DNA of 64,000 nucleotides, taken from positions 1 through 64,000 of IMG/VR virus record IMGVR_UViG_3300045988_154140; one strand, given 5' to 3'. The notes under the pieces are model-generated. The model did no database searches. It worked only from the letters and a program-made list of their open reading frames with translations, and had not been told where the DNA came from. The first letter of the stretch is position 1; the number at the start of each line of letters is the position of its first letter. Position numbers and translations under genes: made by a program. Of this stretch, positions 11,401-19,005 are shown piece after piece. Origin of the DNA: a virus.

Positions 11401-14400
11401 TTGGATAGCTTTACATGTGCTTCAAATACCTGTCCATTATAGCCGTATTCTTCTGCAACGTCCTTGTTTGGAGTAAAGTACACACCACTACCTGCGAAAT
11501 CCGCACTTTCACCATCGGCGCGTTTGTGTCCTGCTTCAAGTTCTGACACACTGATAGATTTATCTAATGTACCATGGTAAAGAGTAATTGGGTTACCTGC
11601 ATTATCGGCAACGACACCTTCATCTGTCAAGTTTCTATGTTCCTGACTAATAGGTGTACATCCTCTCTCTCTCAATAGAGTTTGAATTTCCGAAGTGGTA
11701 TCTTCATCGGCAGGTGCGTTGATTTCCACAACGTCCTTCTTCACTGACGAGTACTCACCAAAAGGCTTAGTCTTACGCGTGCTTGACTCAATCCACTTCT
11801 CGAAGTCTTCGAGGTTCACAGCGGACACATCAATTCTGCGGCCATTCTCCCAGCCCTGCTCGTAATTGGCAAGGTAGTCGCTCTTAGCCTCGTCAGCATC
11901 ATTGAAGCCAAGCATAACCTTGTGCTCGTCAAAACTACCGTCAGGGTTGTACTGGTCAACGACGAACACCTTGCGTCCGTCCCAACCGTCAATATCATTG
12001 GAGAGGAACACGTCAATGTGGTCGCCGTCAACACCCACTGTACCACGAATGTAGCCGTAAGTGTTGTTCATCTTGCTTTCCCACTGCTTGCCGTCAGCAT
12101 CAGTGCCCCTACGCACGCTGCCCTGCGGCTGCTCAATGGTGATGTCGAACGTACCAACTTGTACATGCCCCTTCTTATAGTTGCCAGCTTCCTTCTGCGC
12201 CTCTGTCGGTTCGGTATTCACTTCGGCTGAGGCCGCTTCAATCTGGTTACCAACACTTTTTTCGTCATTTCCTTGCTCAGTTGAAGCCTTCTCTTTACCT
12301 TTGCCCTCAGAAGAGGTCGTTGGAGTTTCAGCGTTAATCGTTTCCTCACCGCCTTGTTGGGGATTCTGAGGCTTTGAAACATCTTCTGCGGTAGAAGATT
12401 GTGTCGGTTCGCTCGGCTCGTAGTCTTCTTGATTAGAGTTATTGGTTTGTGGCGCATCCGTGCCCTCTGTAGCGAGGTCGGACTTATTCCCTTGCGAAGA
12501 GTACAAGCCATCTGCCACGTCCGAGGCAGTCGAAACGTCATCGGCGCGTTTCCAAACCAATTTACCATTAAGAAGGAGGTCCAATATCTTGGACTTCCTT
12601 TTTTCTTGATTTGAAATCACGACCTCACGACCATCCTTGCGAACTGTTACAGATGTAAAATAATAGTATCGTGAGCCATCAGCCTTGTGGAATGTTTTTA
12701 CAAATACATAAGAGCTGCCACGTTCGGTAATATCTCCTTCTTTAGCCTCGCTCTTATCTTCGACTATAAAGTCAGGATTTTCAAGCGTAGGTTTAAGCAT
12801 ACCGAGTTTGCCATTACGTCCTTGCCGCATTAGCTTTGCAAACTGGTTCTCGCCCATCTTGACATCGCCAACTGGAGTTGGGATCTGCGTACCCTCATCA
12901 AATAGGGCATCCCAATTCTCTATTGTCAACTCAATTTGGGGAGCGACTTCTGCTCGCTCCTCCATCTGAGCAATGAGCGTAATAGCCTCTTCTCTGTTCA
13001 GTGTGCCTTCGCCTGCAATTTCTTCTTGGCTGCTTCCACTTCCTGTCGCACTTTGCGCTCCTCCAGCATTCTCTTGTGCAGCCTCTGGTTTACCAGCGCC
13101 TTCATCGCCAGCATCTTCTTCTGCTCTGGTGTCTGCGCGCTCTTCACCTCCTCGGGTGTCATCAGTCCGTTCGCCAGGTTGTACTTGATGGCTTCCACCA
13201 TCGCTCTGCTCTTCTCCTGCGGAGTCATTTCCTTCTGTTCCATTGCTCTGCTGTTTAGCTTGTTCTTCTCTTCTGCGTAAGTCCTCCTCTATCTCGTCTG
13301 CGTATAGCTTGGTGAACTCTTGCTCGTCAAAGTTACTATATCTTCTCAACATCTCGGGCATCTCCTGCTCGGTATATGCGATATAGTCCTCATAAGACAT
13401 GCCGTAGCGCTCGTTATAGTACGCATCGCGCTGCGCGTTGTACTGCTCCACAAACTCCTGCTCTTGGTCAGTCTTATCTCGTCCCGACTTGAGGAAGTCT
13501 ATAATGGCATCCCTTGCGGCAGCACTGTCACCGCCGAAGAAGCGGCCACCGTTCTCAGTGTTGTCAAGGTCAACCAACTTTTCGGACAGGCGTTCTATGC
13601 TGTCTCCCTCCTTCGCGATACGTCCTGCCCACTGCTTCTGCTCCAGCGTTCCGCCTCCAGTCTCTTTTCTGAAGGACTCAGGTGCTATCTTGGCACTTGC
13701 CATGAAGTCGGCGATGAACTCCTGCTGTGTGGGTATGCCGTTCTCGGCCTTTCGCTGTGCTCGGTAGGCCGTGCGTGCGTTATCATCGTTCAGTTCGCCC
13801 TCCCAGCCTTGCGCGTCTGCGGGTGTGGTTATTCTCTCCACTTCGGCTTTTACATCGTTCCAGTACTGAGCCTTGTGGCGGGCATCTTCCAGCTCGTCTT
13901 CCCACTTCTTCTTGCTGGCAAGGTACTTGGCCTTGTCAGTGCCTACCTTGGGCTTCCGCTTCTCCAGCTTCTTCACGTTCTTGTCGGCTTCCGCTATCTG
14001 TGCCTCTATGAACTCGCCCACCTCCTTGTCGTCAAGGGTACCGTCATACAGGTCTTCCACGGTGGCCTGCACAGGAGCCTTGTCGTACTGGGGTGCTCCG
14101 TCCTTATCCAGCGGTATCTTTGGAGTGGCCTTGCTCTCCACAGCGGGAGCGGCCTCACCCTCCACAACAGGAGCGGCTTCACCCTCCACTACAGCGGAAG
14201 ACCCGCCAGTTGGCCCCTCCTCGTCTGGTGCGTCCTTGCTATCCACGTAGTCATGCAGGAGTTGTTTCGTCTTGGCATCCCACTCAGACTCATCCACGAG
14301 GTCTATCCACTCATGGATTGTCTCGGCATCGTTCTCGTCACGCACCCAGCCGTCAACCATTGCGCGTGCGCTTCTTCCTTCCTCGGTAGCGTCCAACTGC

Positions 14401-17400
14401 GCGGCCACCTCGCTACGGGTAGGCACTGCTGTATCGGCAGGCGCGTCCTCCTCTGTAGCGGGAGTGCCCTCTATGACCACAGAAGAACCGTCAGTCGGTG
14501 TCTCCTCTGTTGCACCGCCCTCCGTAGTCTCCTCCACCGCGCTGCGCTCTGCATCGCGCTGCGCTGCGTCTTCCTGCTCATACACGTAGTCCTGGGAAGA
14601 CAGAAGCTCGTCAGCGGTGGCCTTGAAGGGTGTGCCGCTTATGGCTTCCTCCTCGCCTGCCTCGTTCATGCGTGTGGGCAGGAGATAGAAGTTACCCTCC
14701 TCATCCTCCTTCACGATGAGGAAGCGCTGTGTCTCGTTATCCTCGTCATCGCTCTTGCGCATGCTGATGCTGACCGTCTCACCCACGGCGGGCTGCACGG
14801 TCTTGTTATGGTGGTTGAGGTTCCAGCGTACTTCATCCTTCGCCTGCTCCCACAGCTGCTTGCGTCTGGCTTCTGTCTCCTCGCTGGCGTTGACGGCTGT
14901 CAGTTCTCCCGCCTCCTCACGCGGTATCATGCGCAGAGCGCCTGTCCCCATATCACGCACCACCAGCGTATTGCCTTCGTCAGACAGAGAAGAGGGTACG
15001 ACATATTCGTTCTCTCCAAGGTTAGAGCCGCGCCATGCGTTGCCCTCCTCGTCCGACATGAGGTTTAGCGTGTTGCCGTACTTGTCGGCTTCCTCGTCCA
15101 CGCGGTCATGCGCCCCTGCCATGATACCGCTCAGTCGGACGCTGGACAGATACACATCCGTAGCCGCCTTCTTCTGCTCCCAGTTCAGTGTCTTCAGTAT
15201 CTCCTGGAACTGCGGCAAGTCCATATCCCGCACGGCCATCACGAAGTCCTTGCCCAGCATTTCGGTAGCGGTTGCCGCTGCATTGTCAAACTCTACAGCG
15301 GCATTGTGGCGCTCGTCAACGGCCATCTCATGCCCCGCGTCAAACGCGCTCTTATAGCCACGCTGCACACGGTTTGCACTTATCTCCCCAGACATATCGC
15401 TTGTGTTTACGCTCTGGTAGGCCACCAGCTTACCAGCGTAGTCCATCAGCGCGCGCGCCTGCTCGCTGTCCTTCAGCCCGCCATCCTTGAGGACGGACAT
15501 ATACACGTCGCATATATCCTTGATGCTCTCTGCCTCGCGCATGCGGGTCATAAGAGGTACAGCGGTCTCCTCGCCCAACGACTTGCGCAGGGCATCGGCA
15601 GAGGTGTTCAGCTGGCGCTTGACGGTGTAGGAGTTGTAGCGCTTCTGGCCTTGCTCGATAGCGGCCATGGGCATAATCATCGCGGCCACCGACAAGAATG
15701 TCTCCAAGTTTGTCTCGGCGTTGAACATGGAGCCTTTCCAGTCGTTCACGGCTTTGTTGTAGTCCTCCTCGCTCTTGTAGTCCTCGCGCTTTGGCTCGAA
15801 GACACCTCCCGTCAGGTTCATGTCGCCTGTGAAAACCGCGTTCTCCAGGTTGTTTATCACTTCCTCTGCATACTCCCCGAAGAGGCCGCTTATGTGCGCT
15901 TTCTTGCGGAACTCGGCCAGCAGGGAAGCCTTCTGCTTCGGTGAGGATGCAATGAACCGCTCCACCATGCTGCGTGCCAAGGGCATATCCTTTGCGGCAA
16001 GGTTGGCAAAGTTCTTTATCGGGGAGAAGTATTCACCCACCAGCTCGGACTGGTTCTCGAAGTAGGAAGCCAAGCCCCCCTTGAGGTACGACTTAGCCCC
16101 TGTCTCTCTGTCCTCCACGCGGTCATACACTATGCGCCCGCTGTCATCCACACGGCCTATGAACGTACCCGTCTGCCTCTCGTTTATAGAGGCCATGGTA
16201 CGCGGCAGGCCAGTGGTGAGTGTTGTACCCAGTGCCTCCACTCCATCACCTATCACGCGCCCTGCGGTGTTCATCGCGCGCACGCCCCACTTGCCATATT
16301 TGTTCACGGCGGCTACGGTGAGGGCGCGCTGCATGCTCTGCTCGGCGGCGGTCATGGTAGGCGCGCCAGTCACGTTCTTCATCACCGTCTTACCCGCTGT
16401 CTTCATCGCGCCCTTCAGCACTTCCTTCACGCCTCCCTTGGCAGCGTTAGCCGCTACTTGCTTCTCCACAGCCGCACCCAGTCCGTTGAGCGGGTTGATG
16501 TAGATGCTAGCGGCAAAGCCCGCAGAGGCAGGCACGCTCTGTCCTACGCGGTAGGACATCGGCACGTGCTCACTGAAGTTAGCGTCCAGCGTGCTTGATA
16601 CCGCCATCGCGTCCAGCACTCTCTGCTCGGTTGCGGTCAGATGCTCCTCGGGTGTCTTGCCTGCCTCCTCGGCCTTGCGGATTCGCTCTGACTTATCTAC
16701 AAGCTCAGCCAGGTTACGGCTGTCTGCCCAGTCGTTGGCACCGAAGTCCCACGTGCGTATATCGCGGGTAGCGTCCCACGCGCCACGTGCCACGTTGAAG
16801 GCTGTGTTGTTGGAAAAGCCTTCGCGTGTAGCCTGCTTGATGGTGTTTTCTGTGTCCTCCAGTGCCTGCTCTGCGGCCTTGGCCTTGCCATACTCGGGGT
16901 CTGTCCACCTACGTATGTAAGAGGTCACGTTGGGGAACTGGCTCTCAGCGAACTCCATAAAGCCCGACTTCTCGCCTCGTCTCTCCTCTATGTCCTTCAA
17001 CGCGTTGGCCACCTCCTCCTTTGCAGCCTCGAGTTGTTCTCTGCCGCCTCCCAGCTCGTACTCGGCCTTCACATCGCGCCCGCGGTACTTCTTTTCTGCT
17101 GCGTCCCGCTGCTGCTGTAGGCGGTCTATGGCCTGCATGATATAGCCTTTGCGTGTCTCACTCGTCTGGTCGGTACCCTTAATGCGGTCATACTGCTCCC
17201 GCATGACGGTCAGCTGCTTGTCTATGCCTGCCAACTCCTCCTGCCGCTTGCGGTCTATCTCCTCTTGCGCGCGAGCCAGCTTACGCGCTTGCTCCTGCTG
17301 ATTGTCCAGAGCGGCCTGCTCACGCTCGGCAGAAGCCTGCGAGGTGTACTCGTTGCCGCTCTGTGTTATGTAGGTTCGCTCCTGCTTGCCTGTCTTGGCA

Positions 17401-17852
17401 TTGAACGTAGGAGCGGTGGCCACGGTACGACCCGACTTGCCAAGTCCAAGCTCTACCTTCGGCACGTTAAGCCCGAAGTTGGCCTTCTGCCACTCCTGCG
17501 CGTTCTCTGCCTGGTGCAGCACATCGCGCCCGCGTGCTACCGCCAGAGCGTTGTTCTTAGCCGCTCTTGCGTAGTCATCCGCGTTGGGCTGTGCCGCTCC
17601 ACCCTGCTCTTCGGCTGGATCCTCCTGCTTGGCTGGCTTCACGGCATGCAAGCCAAGGTTGGCAGCAAACTCCTCGTAGGTATTGCTCTCTACGGCGTTG
17701 TCCTGCTTCAGCGCAGTAAAGAGCGCGAGCCTGTTCTTGTAGCCTTCCTCACCAGGCGCAAGCATCTTAGCTCGGAAATTCTCTCTACCGCTTGTTACCG
17801 CGCCATCACGTTCCAGCGCATCGTATAGTATATCTAACTTATCTTGTGCCAT
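2424..17852 (-). CDS. Giant polyvalent multidomain protein (5142 aa), probable virion-packaged/ejected effector array
   Basis: Uninterrupted 15,429-nt ORF containing a DGDHIDV motif, two H-Y-E ART-like modules, two HExxH motifs, acidic/Pro-rich linkers and a hydrophobic C-terminal third. Architecture matches phage/ICE polyvalent proteins. Confidence 0.9.
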   Translation of the reverse strand: MAQDKLDILYDALERDGAVTSGRENFRAKMLAPGEEGYKNRLALFTALKQDNAVESNTYEEFAANLGLHAVKPAKQEDPAEEQGGAAQPNADDYARAAKNNALAVARGRDVLHQAENAQEWQKANFGLNVPKVELGLGKSGRTVATAPTFNAKTGKQERTYITQSGNEYTSQASAEREQAALDNQQEQARKLARAQEEIDRKRQEELAGIDKQLTVMREQYDRIKGTDQTSETRKGYIMQAIDRLQQQRDAAEKKYRGRDVKAEYELGGGREQLEAAKEEVANALKDIEERRGEKSGFMEFAESQFPNVTSYIRRWTDPEYGKAKAAEQALEDTENTIKQATREGFSNNTAFNVARGAWDATRDIRTWDFGANDWADSRNLAELVDKSERIRKAEEAGKTPEEHLTATEQRVLDAMAVSSTLDANFSEHVPMSYRVGQSVPASAGFAASIYINPLNGLGAAVEKQVAANAAKGGVKEVLKGAMKTAGKTVMKNVTGAPTMTAAEQSMQRALTVAAVNKYGKWGVRAMNTAGRVIGDGVEALGTTLTTGLPRTMASINERQTGTFIGRVDDSGRIVYDRVEDRETGAKSYLKGGLASYFENQSELVGEYFSPIKNFANLAAKDMPLARSMVERFIASSPKQKASLLAEFRKKAHISGLFGEYAEEVINNLENAVFTGDMNLTGGVFEPKREDYKSEEDYNKAVNDWKGSMFNAETNLETFLSVAAMIMPMAAIEQGQKRYNSYTVKRQLNTSADALRKSLGEETAVPLMTRMREAESIKDICDVYMSVLKDGGLKDSEQARALMDYAGKLVAYQSVNTSDMSGEISANRVQRGYKSAFDAGHEMAVDERHNAAVEFDNAAATATEMLGKDFVMAVRDMDLPQFQEILKTLNWEQKKAATDVYLSSVRLSGIMAGAHDRVDEEADKYGNTLNLMSDEEGNAWRGSNLGENEYVVPSSLSDEGNTLVVRDMGTGALRMIPREEAGELTAVNASEETEARRKQLWEQAKDEVRWNLNHHNKTVQPAVGETVSISMRKSDDEDNETQRFLIVKEDEEGNFYLLPTRMNEAGEEEAISGTPFKATADELLSSQDYVYEQEDAAQRDAERSAVEETTEGGATEETPTDGSSVVIEGTPATEEDAPADTAVPTRSEVAAQLDATEEGRSARAMVDGWVRDENDAETIHEWIDLVDESEWDAKTKQLLHDYVDSKDAPDEEGPTGGSSAVVEGEAAPVVEGEAAPAVESKATPKIPLDKDGAPQYDKAPVQATVEDLYDGTLDDKEVGEFIEAQIAEADKNVKKLEKRKPKVGTDKAKYLASKKKWEDELEDARHKAQYWNDVKAEVERITTPADAQGWEGELNDDNARTAYRAQRKAENGIPTQQEFIADFMASAKIAPESFRKETGGGTLEQKQWAGRIAKEGDSIERLSEKLVDLDNTENGGRFFGGDSAAARDAIIDFLKSGRDKTDQEQEFVEQYNAQRDAYYNERYGMSYEDYIAYTEQEMPEMLRRYSNFDEQEFTKLYADEIEEDLRRREEQAKQQSNGTEGNDSAGEEQSDGGSHQVQPGERTDDTRGGEERADTRAEEDAGDEGAGKPEAAQENAGGAQSATGSGSSQEEIAGEGTLNREEAITLIAQMEERAEVAPQIELTIENWDALFDEGTQIPTPVGDVKMGENQFAKLMRQGRNGKLGMLKPTLENPDFIVEDKSEAKEGDITERGSSYVFVKTFHKADGSRYYYFTSVTVRKDGREVVISNQEKRKSKILDLLLNGKLVWKRADDVSTASDVADGLYSSQGNKSDLATEGTDAPQTNNSNQEDYEPSEPTQSSTAEDVSKPQNPQQGGEETINAETPTTSSEGKGKEKASTEQGNDEKSVGNQIEAASAEVNTEPTEAQKEAGNYKKGHVQVGTFDITIEQPQGSVRRGTDADGKQWESKMNNTYGYIRGTVGVDGDHIDVFLSNDIDGWDGRKVFVVDQYNPDGSFDEHKVMLGFNDADEAKSDYLANYEQGWENGRRIDVSAVNLEDFEKWIESSTRKTKPFGEYSSVKKDVVEINAPADEDTTSEIQTLLRERGCTPISQEHRNLTDEGVVADNAGNPITLYHGTLDKSISVSELEAGHKRADGESADFAGSGVYFTPNKDVAEEYGYNGQVFEAHVKLSKPFYMLGNPGFNESEAVQFSNLLKSKGYDGIINYMNAWSVEHNMIDGGEVVVFNNSSILPIEKGQKEEIESHLVENNPDFIKANDHARDVEQKWEEKIQDYLFEHYPTQATLSAETTSEKGQKEREAMKADPVLKELREKANAEYEEADKAVEAAYKKAAKAAKDTRPQKTEEVIKGTKWEATPAPEKYKTGASKHADSHATEWKIGKIRYGSTKAETGQIELAVKMYSGYIGAWNAYEQGKILLAPNEAAIIKEIIRTEEAAGQKPHARLQKADEYSEFAAEYGLDGMWLSRYAEGMRERNSAAAAMALHDLKAIYLREHIAEKKALMERDRVSGLLANKRLFEPVEQAIKAKYGDVDVLIEERRKQAEIERGMMEAARKKAEEEEAKRQQHLEELSLLTEDEIDERYADALAKGDEATAREMLDEAARRKGYGDVESDYQGVGAWGAPSKPDYETDEARRNAVGEDSPDLNVEDMAAGYSNQPEDIFKHPDKYSQGLPTSKESGKAIQTAIDDIRNGKKDVRIKVYRAVPTTVKEGKLRNGDWVTPSRRYAELHGDNRLEGKYRIIEDEVPAGDLWWDSNDVNEWGYDNGKSYRYKNVKNNRKQNDLVTRDDKGNIIPPSKRFNSRKADERYQRGKDAAPVTKEEAILRDAVIDRMRENGMDVITNEEEGQRVMDEANGKVRTQMGDAPESFAERQKQAVENRGIVMPGLNDMSVKVLDGIPRHSYTGNIAEATKQAIQKAKEKYAPDGKAKVLHYDNNGTEFDYTISGNAIEICLSPKHQAKSGNKGAHLALAEHLDEVINHSVEVEEHPDYIKGKDGKRGARINPIALMHRFYGAVVIDGVPCRVMTLMREEKSAATDNGIHSYEVQKIEVLDNELPSTPNGVGSQNQLRLDSSYPLAKLLKGVEKSYDKGKKLLEESEKSSAGIRENRVWHGSGAEFEAFDHSHIGEGQGSQSFGWGTYVTSSKAIGRTYAEDANNKLFRSKFGNYYLQKLREALNNGRSFESEKQRLLDSHSEMYNKAKEKGSGYNDFIHDYEKLGELKENDLPSRHLYTVEITDDNGKNYLDWDSRVGARVLNKVNRQLEQQGKRPINPELDKRYKFLDGNDLYRALSIRMPNDDATFNDDKAASEFLYSLGFVGIRYKAGRNFGGAKEGDTNYVIFNEKDAKITDHVRFFRTADGEAYGFTVDGKIYIDPKIANSETPVHEYAHLWASALRQSNAKEWANVVGLMKDTAVWEEVKKHYPELKTDDEIADEVLATYSGRRGAERLRKEMEEATKNGSIFDKAEAMSAMQKIRQALDTFWKSVADFLHIHYTTAEEVADRVMKDLLDGVDPRMMNDGESLERVNEKFNEQLAKFTEDNSDKINFNLGSPSAKLLSAGVADKPIRLHGSKVAKKMKKHGFSIEELHDLPKAVANPIAVFDNLGKEGNRSVLTELKTANGNFLVAIDLGKGTEADFDIVSSVFGKKGHSVAAWINKGYMRFVDKKKALNYLHLSAPIAEASDNAELSSAAKVIQDFENPKVSDEKVSEDDLYRVVDDEEKQQAYKGAAYMDDAAIEALNSEYRGEWLKREGEGQATDEEVSLANDPVSKMIGKSRYSAGQQVEYAENMRERMTTHAQELAEKLHLSNVEIVADGSGFTGKRQKAKGFYNKTTGKITVVIGNHTSMADVEKTILHEAVAHHGLRQLFGEHFDQFLDNVYESCDYKIRQKIDALMEEKGYDQRTATEEYLASLAEDMNYETTDPTFWTAIKEAFLDMLHTLGFDYAGPVLTDNELRYILWRSYKNLEEPGSFRSILGTAEDLKMQETLGVGQYETEGKESAAAEDLFREDDISRALNNDSEGAGWSRETMQRAWDDVMSKASFLAKEGYFDYLASVDEFQKLVERATGEKVSDMQNAYKAMLQLSSRNANEMKLFDSAFARPLQRAVYRLIGAVKDFKKGKGLELSWYLISKHGIERNRDMAIRAAMKEKANESYAEQIHEATAELKEERTQLLAELTRIAAGEESTLGTEAAIKARVKQIEAEIDSIKKHPNKHGLKTEAEFYEDELDNWYRTASFIKEYAEENGWTWRETQEELTRRAADFGADVTEDYSGLSALVEEKEDFTEAAYRRVENYENTHYTDDLWEAIRAMSGYSLEKQRSSGLTTKKYVDDQLRRYDFFVPLRGWADPTAEEMYDYLDGQRSELGNPVKTAKGRKSEADNPLGGLLSVAYRSIASGNKNMALQHFYNLVSAHNTNGLAVIDSMWVENRGTEDAPDWVLATPELTDPMTGGREMSAEEVQAELDRFNADMREKAALGMAIQMKKGTPLPPYRVTQQHARAHQIRLSVGGTNRVITIVGNPRVAMALNGLLNPENSGWPILRKLNNFMAGAFTNYNVSFGGANLARDTAHSNLRAFIGESPAYWWALTKKQNLLLGNVANWARMVGMLRKYEAGKPMTGYHERMFKEFMDGGGATGYTMIRNQKESTQFMVDMVRDLKNINRRKLSPMRMFEFFSFLNEAAELVNRFVAYETSREMGRTRERSIDDAKEATLNFNRKGAGAKSLTQREGTKYRLSNALNYYSQYGRSFIVFFNAHVQGTYQLYRLVKEHPAKFAFAFGAAPVTAAAVALPLFNNLLLPAIYSAVGGDGDDDWGDYYYELSDWERQHNICLRLPKGHGWLKIPLTPELGAMFQVGDVTGASFAGKRDMQASDFAGLMELVAPNNVDFTDAGTAISSLVPSSLQWASHIAVNRDFKGSRLRNDNMFSRYQPEYLKATRSTSATITAMSRALNKVGGGNDERSADNVLDFSPGYVQEMLTGIAGGWASTALAVSDALAAPYLEGGGSEKDYWKGAKGLFDRGGVPVLSRFWISGSGERNAARAKGEYMRTVKPFMGATESEFSLIKRIPRPAALDVRAKEEKLEAAKKSHDLFAIAKAEKSLEAAKANFEEAKKTQRQKLDALQGSERFKAYRDMRGITRYIDYMLRLYKDNDLPDNVVDSLQEANRRLLEVEK
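6354..6371 (-). other. Zincin HExxH motif 2 (HEAVAH, aa 3828-3833)
   Basis: EKTILHEAVAHHGLRQLFG read directly from the reverse complement. Confidence 0.55.
7767..7781 (-). other. Zincin HExxH motif 1 (HEYAH, aa 3358-3362)
   Basis: ETPVHEYAHLWASAL read directly from the reverse complement. Confidence 0.55.
7905..8603 (-). other. ADP-ribosyltransferase-like module 2 (paralogous to module 1, large insert)
   Basis: VWHGSG (aa 3084-3089), FGWGTYVTS, GFVGIRYKAG, NYVIFNE (E3316). Confidence 0.5.
11238..11600 (-). other. ADP-ribosyltransferase-like module 1 (H-Y-E type)
   Basis: LYHGT (aa 2091-2095), GSGVYFTP, GYDGIINY, GGEVVVFNN (E2199). Confidence 0.55.
12009..12029 (-). other. Inorganic-pyrophosphatase-like DGDxxDV motif (aa 1942-1948 of giant protein)
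   Basis: VGVDGDHIDVFL is close to the family-I PPase signature D-x-D-x-x-D-x; surrounding NYKKGHVQVGTF...YGYIRGT. Confidence 0.4.
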
Positions 17853-17854
17853 AT

Positions 17855-19003
17855 TTATAAACCAAGTGCTCTTGTATGTGACATATTATTGTTCGGCTTC
17901 TTCCCTGTCTTGGCCTTCTTCTTGGCCTCTTCTGCGGCTTTGCGTTCCTCCTTCTTCTTCCGCGTAAGTTCTGCAAGCTTCTGCTCTCCCGATTTACCGC
18001 GCTCTATCTTGGTAGTGCTCTTGCCGCCGAACTCGTTAACGTGTTCGGTCTCTCTTGTGCGGCTATCGTCCCCCATCTCAAGCCCCATTTGGTGTATCGC
18101 CTCATTCGGGGTGATATACAATCTCTCTAATTCGCCAGTAAGGGAATTGGCGACGTCGTAAGGAACCCTGTATGCCCCACTACCACCGCTGCCAACGTGT
18201 CTTGCGCGTTGGTTATTCAGCCCTATCTGCGAGTCCATGAGCTGAAGCTTCTTCTGAGCAAGCGCCACGATGTTATCTGCTTCCTGCTCCAGCTTCTTTC
18301 TTGTGGCTTCGTCCTTTGCGGAAGCGGCCTGCATCGTCTTAATCTTGGCATCGGTAAGCATGTCTTGTATCTCCCAACGCTTATCCTCGGCGTTTACCTT
18401 ACGCACCAAGTCCGCTCTCTTCAGACCAAGCTCCTCTCCCTTCTGCTGGAGCGCACGGCCTTGCAGCAGGTTGTTAAGGTAAGCCTGCCTGCTCTTCTCC
18501 ACCTGTGTGCGGAATGCCTGCACGTCCTTGTTAGCGTCTGGCAGGTCGGGTAGCTTCTGGCTTGGAGCCACACCGCCTGTAAAGGCAAGGTTGCTGAACG
18601 CGCTGAGCACGTTGCCCAGCGCGCCCACGCTCTGAGCGGCAGCAGCCCCGCGCTCTCTGCGCTTCTGCTCCTCCTCGGTCATCGGTGCAGAGGTGTACTG
18701 CTTGACCAACTCGGAGAAGTTGTCGTAGTCACTGACTGGCGGTATATCCAGGGATGGCTTTTCCTCCTCCACAACGGGCGCTTCCGCTCTCTGCTCTTTC
18801 GGTGTCCACGGGGTCTGCGGTGTATAGTCTGCCGTTTTTCTCTGCAAGGCAGCTGGCACCTCATCCTTCACGGCAGGAGCATGGGCGGTCACAGCAGGGG
18901 CAGGAGTCGGGGTAGTAGCTACCGCTGGCTTAGGTGGGTAAGTCACACTCTTCTTCTCGTCATCGTCGAGAAAAGAATACATGTCTGATTCTGTTCTCTT
19001 CAT
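17855..19003 (-). CDS. hypothetical protein, co-operonic with giant protein (possible internal virion protein)
   Basis: 382-aa ORF with Pro/Ala-rich N-terminus and K/E coiled-coil C-terminus; its stop is 2 nt before the giant gene ATG. Confidence 0.65.
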   Translation of the reverse strand: MKRTESDMYSFLDDDEKKSVTYPPKPAVATTPTPAPAVTAHAPAVKDEVPAALQRKTADYTPQTPWTPKEQRAEAPVVEEEKPSLDIPPVSDYDNFSELVKQYTSAPMTEEEQKRRERGAAAAQSVGALGNVLSAFSNLAFTGGVAPSQKLPDLPDANKDVQAFRTQVEKSRQAYLNNLLQGRALQQKGEELGLKRADLVRKVNAEDKRWEIQDMLTDAKIKTMQAASAKDEATRKKLEQEADNIVALAQKKLQLMDSQIGLNNQRARHVGSGGSGAYRVPYDVANSLTGELERLYITPNEAIHQMGLEMGDDSRTRETEHVNEFGGKSTTKIERGKSGEQKLAELTRKKKEERKAAEEAKKKAKTGKKPNNNMSHTRALGL

Positions 19004-19005
19004 AT

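Noticed and set aside
13320-15068. Very long + strand ORFs inside the giant gene (582 aa here; also 4230-5630, 5688-6890, 15108-15944) and inside other genes (46648-48135 in portal, 31543-32709 in primase, 23396-24430, 52103-53137, 19887-20792)
   Set aside because: Each is fully antisense to a motif-supported minus-strand gene. They are L/V/H/C/R-rich and low in complexity, carry no recognisable motifs, and are the expected shadow frames of GC-biased codon usage.
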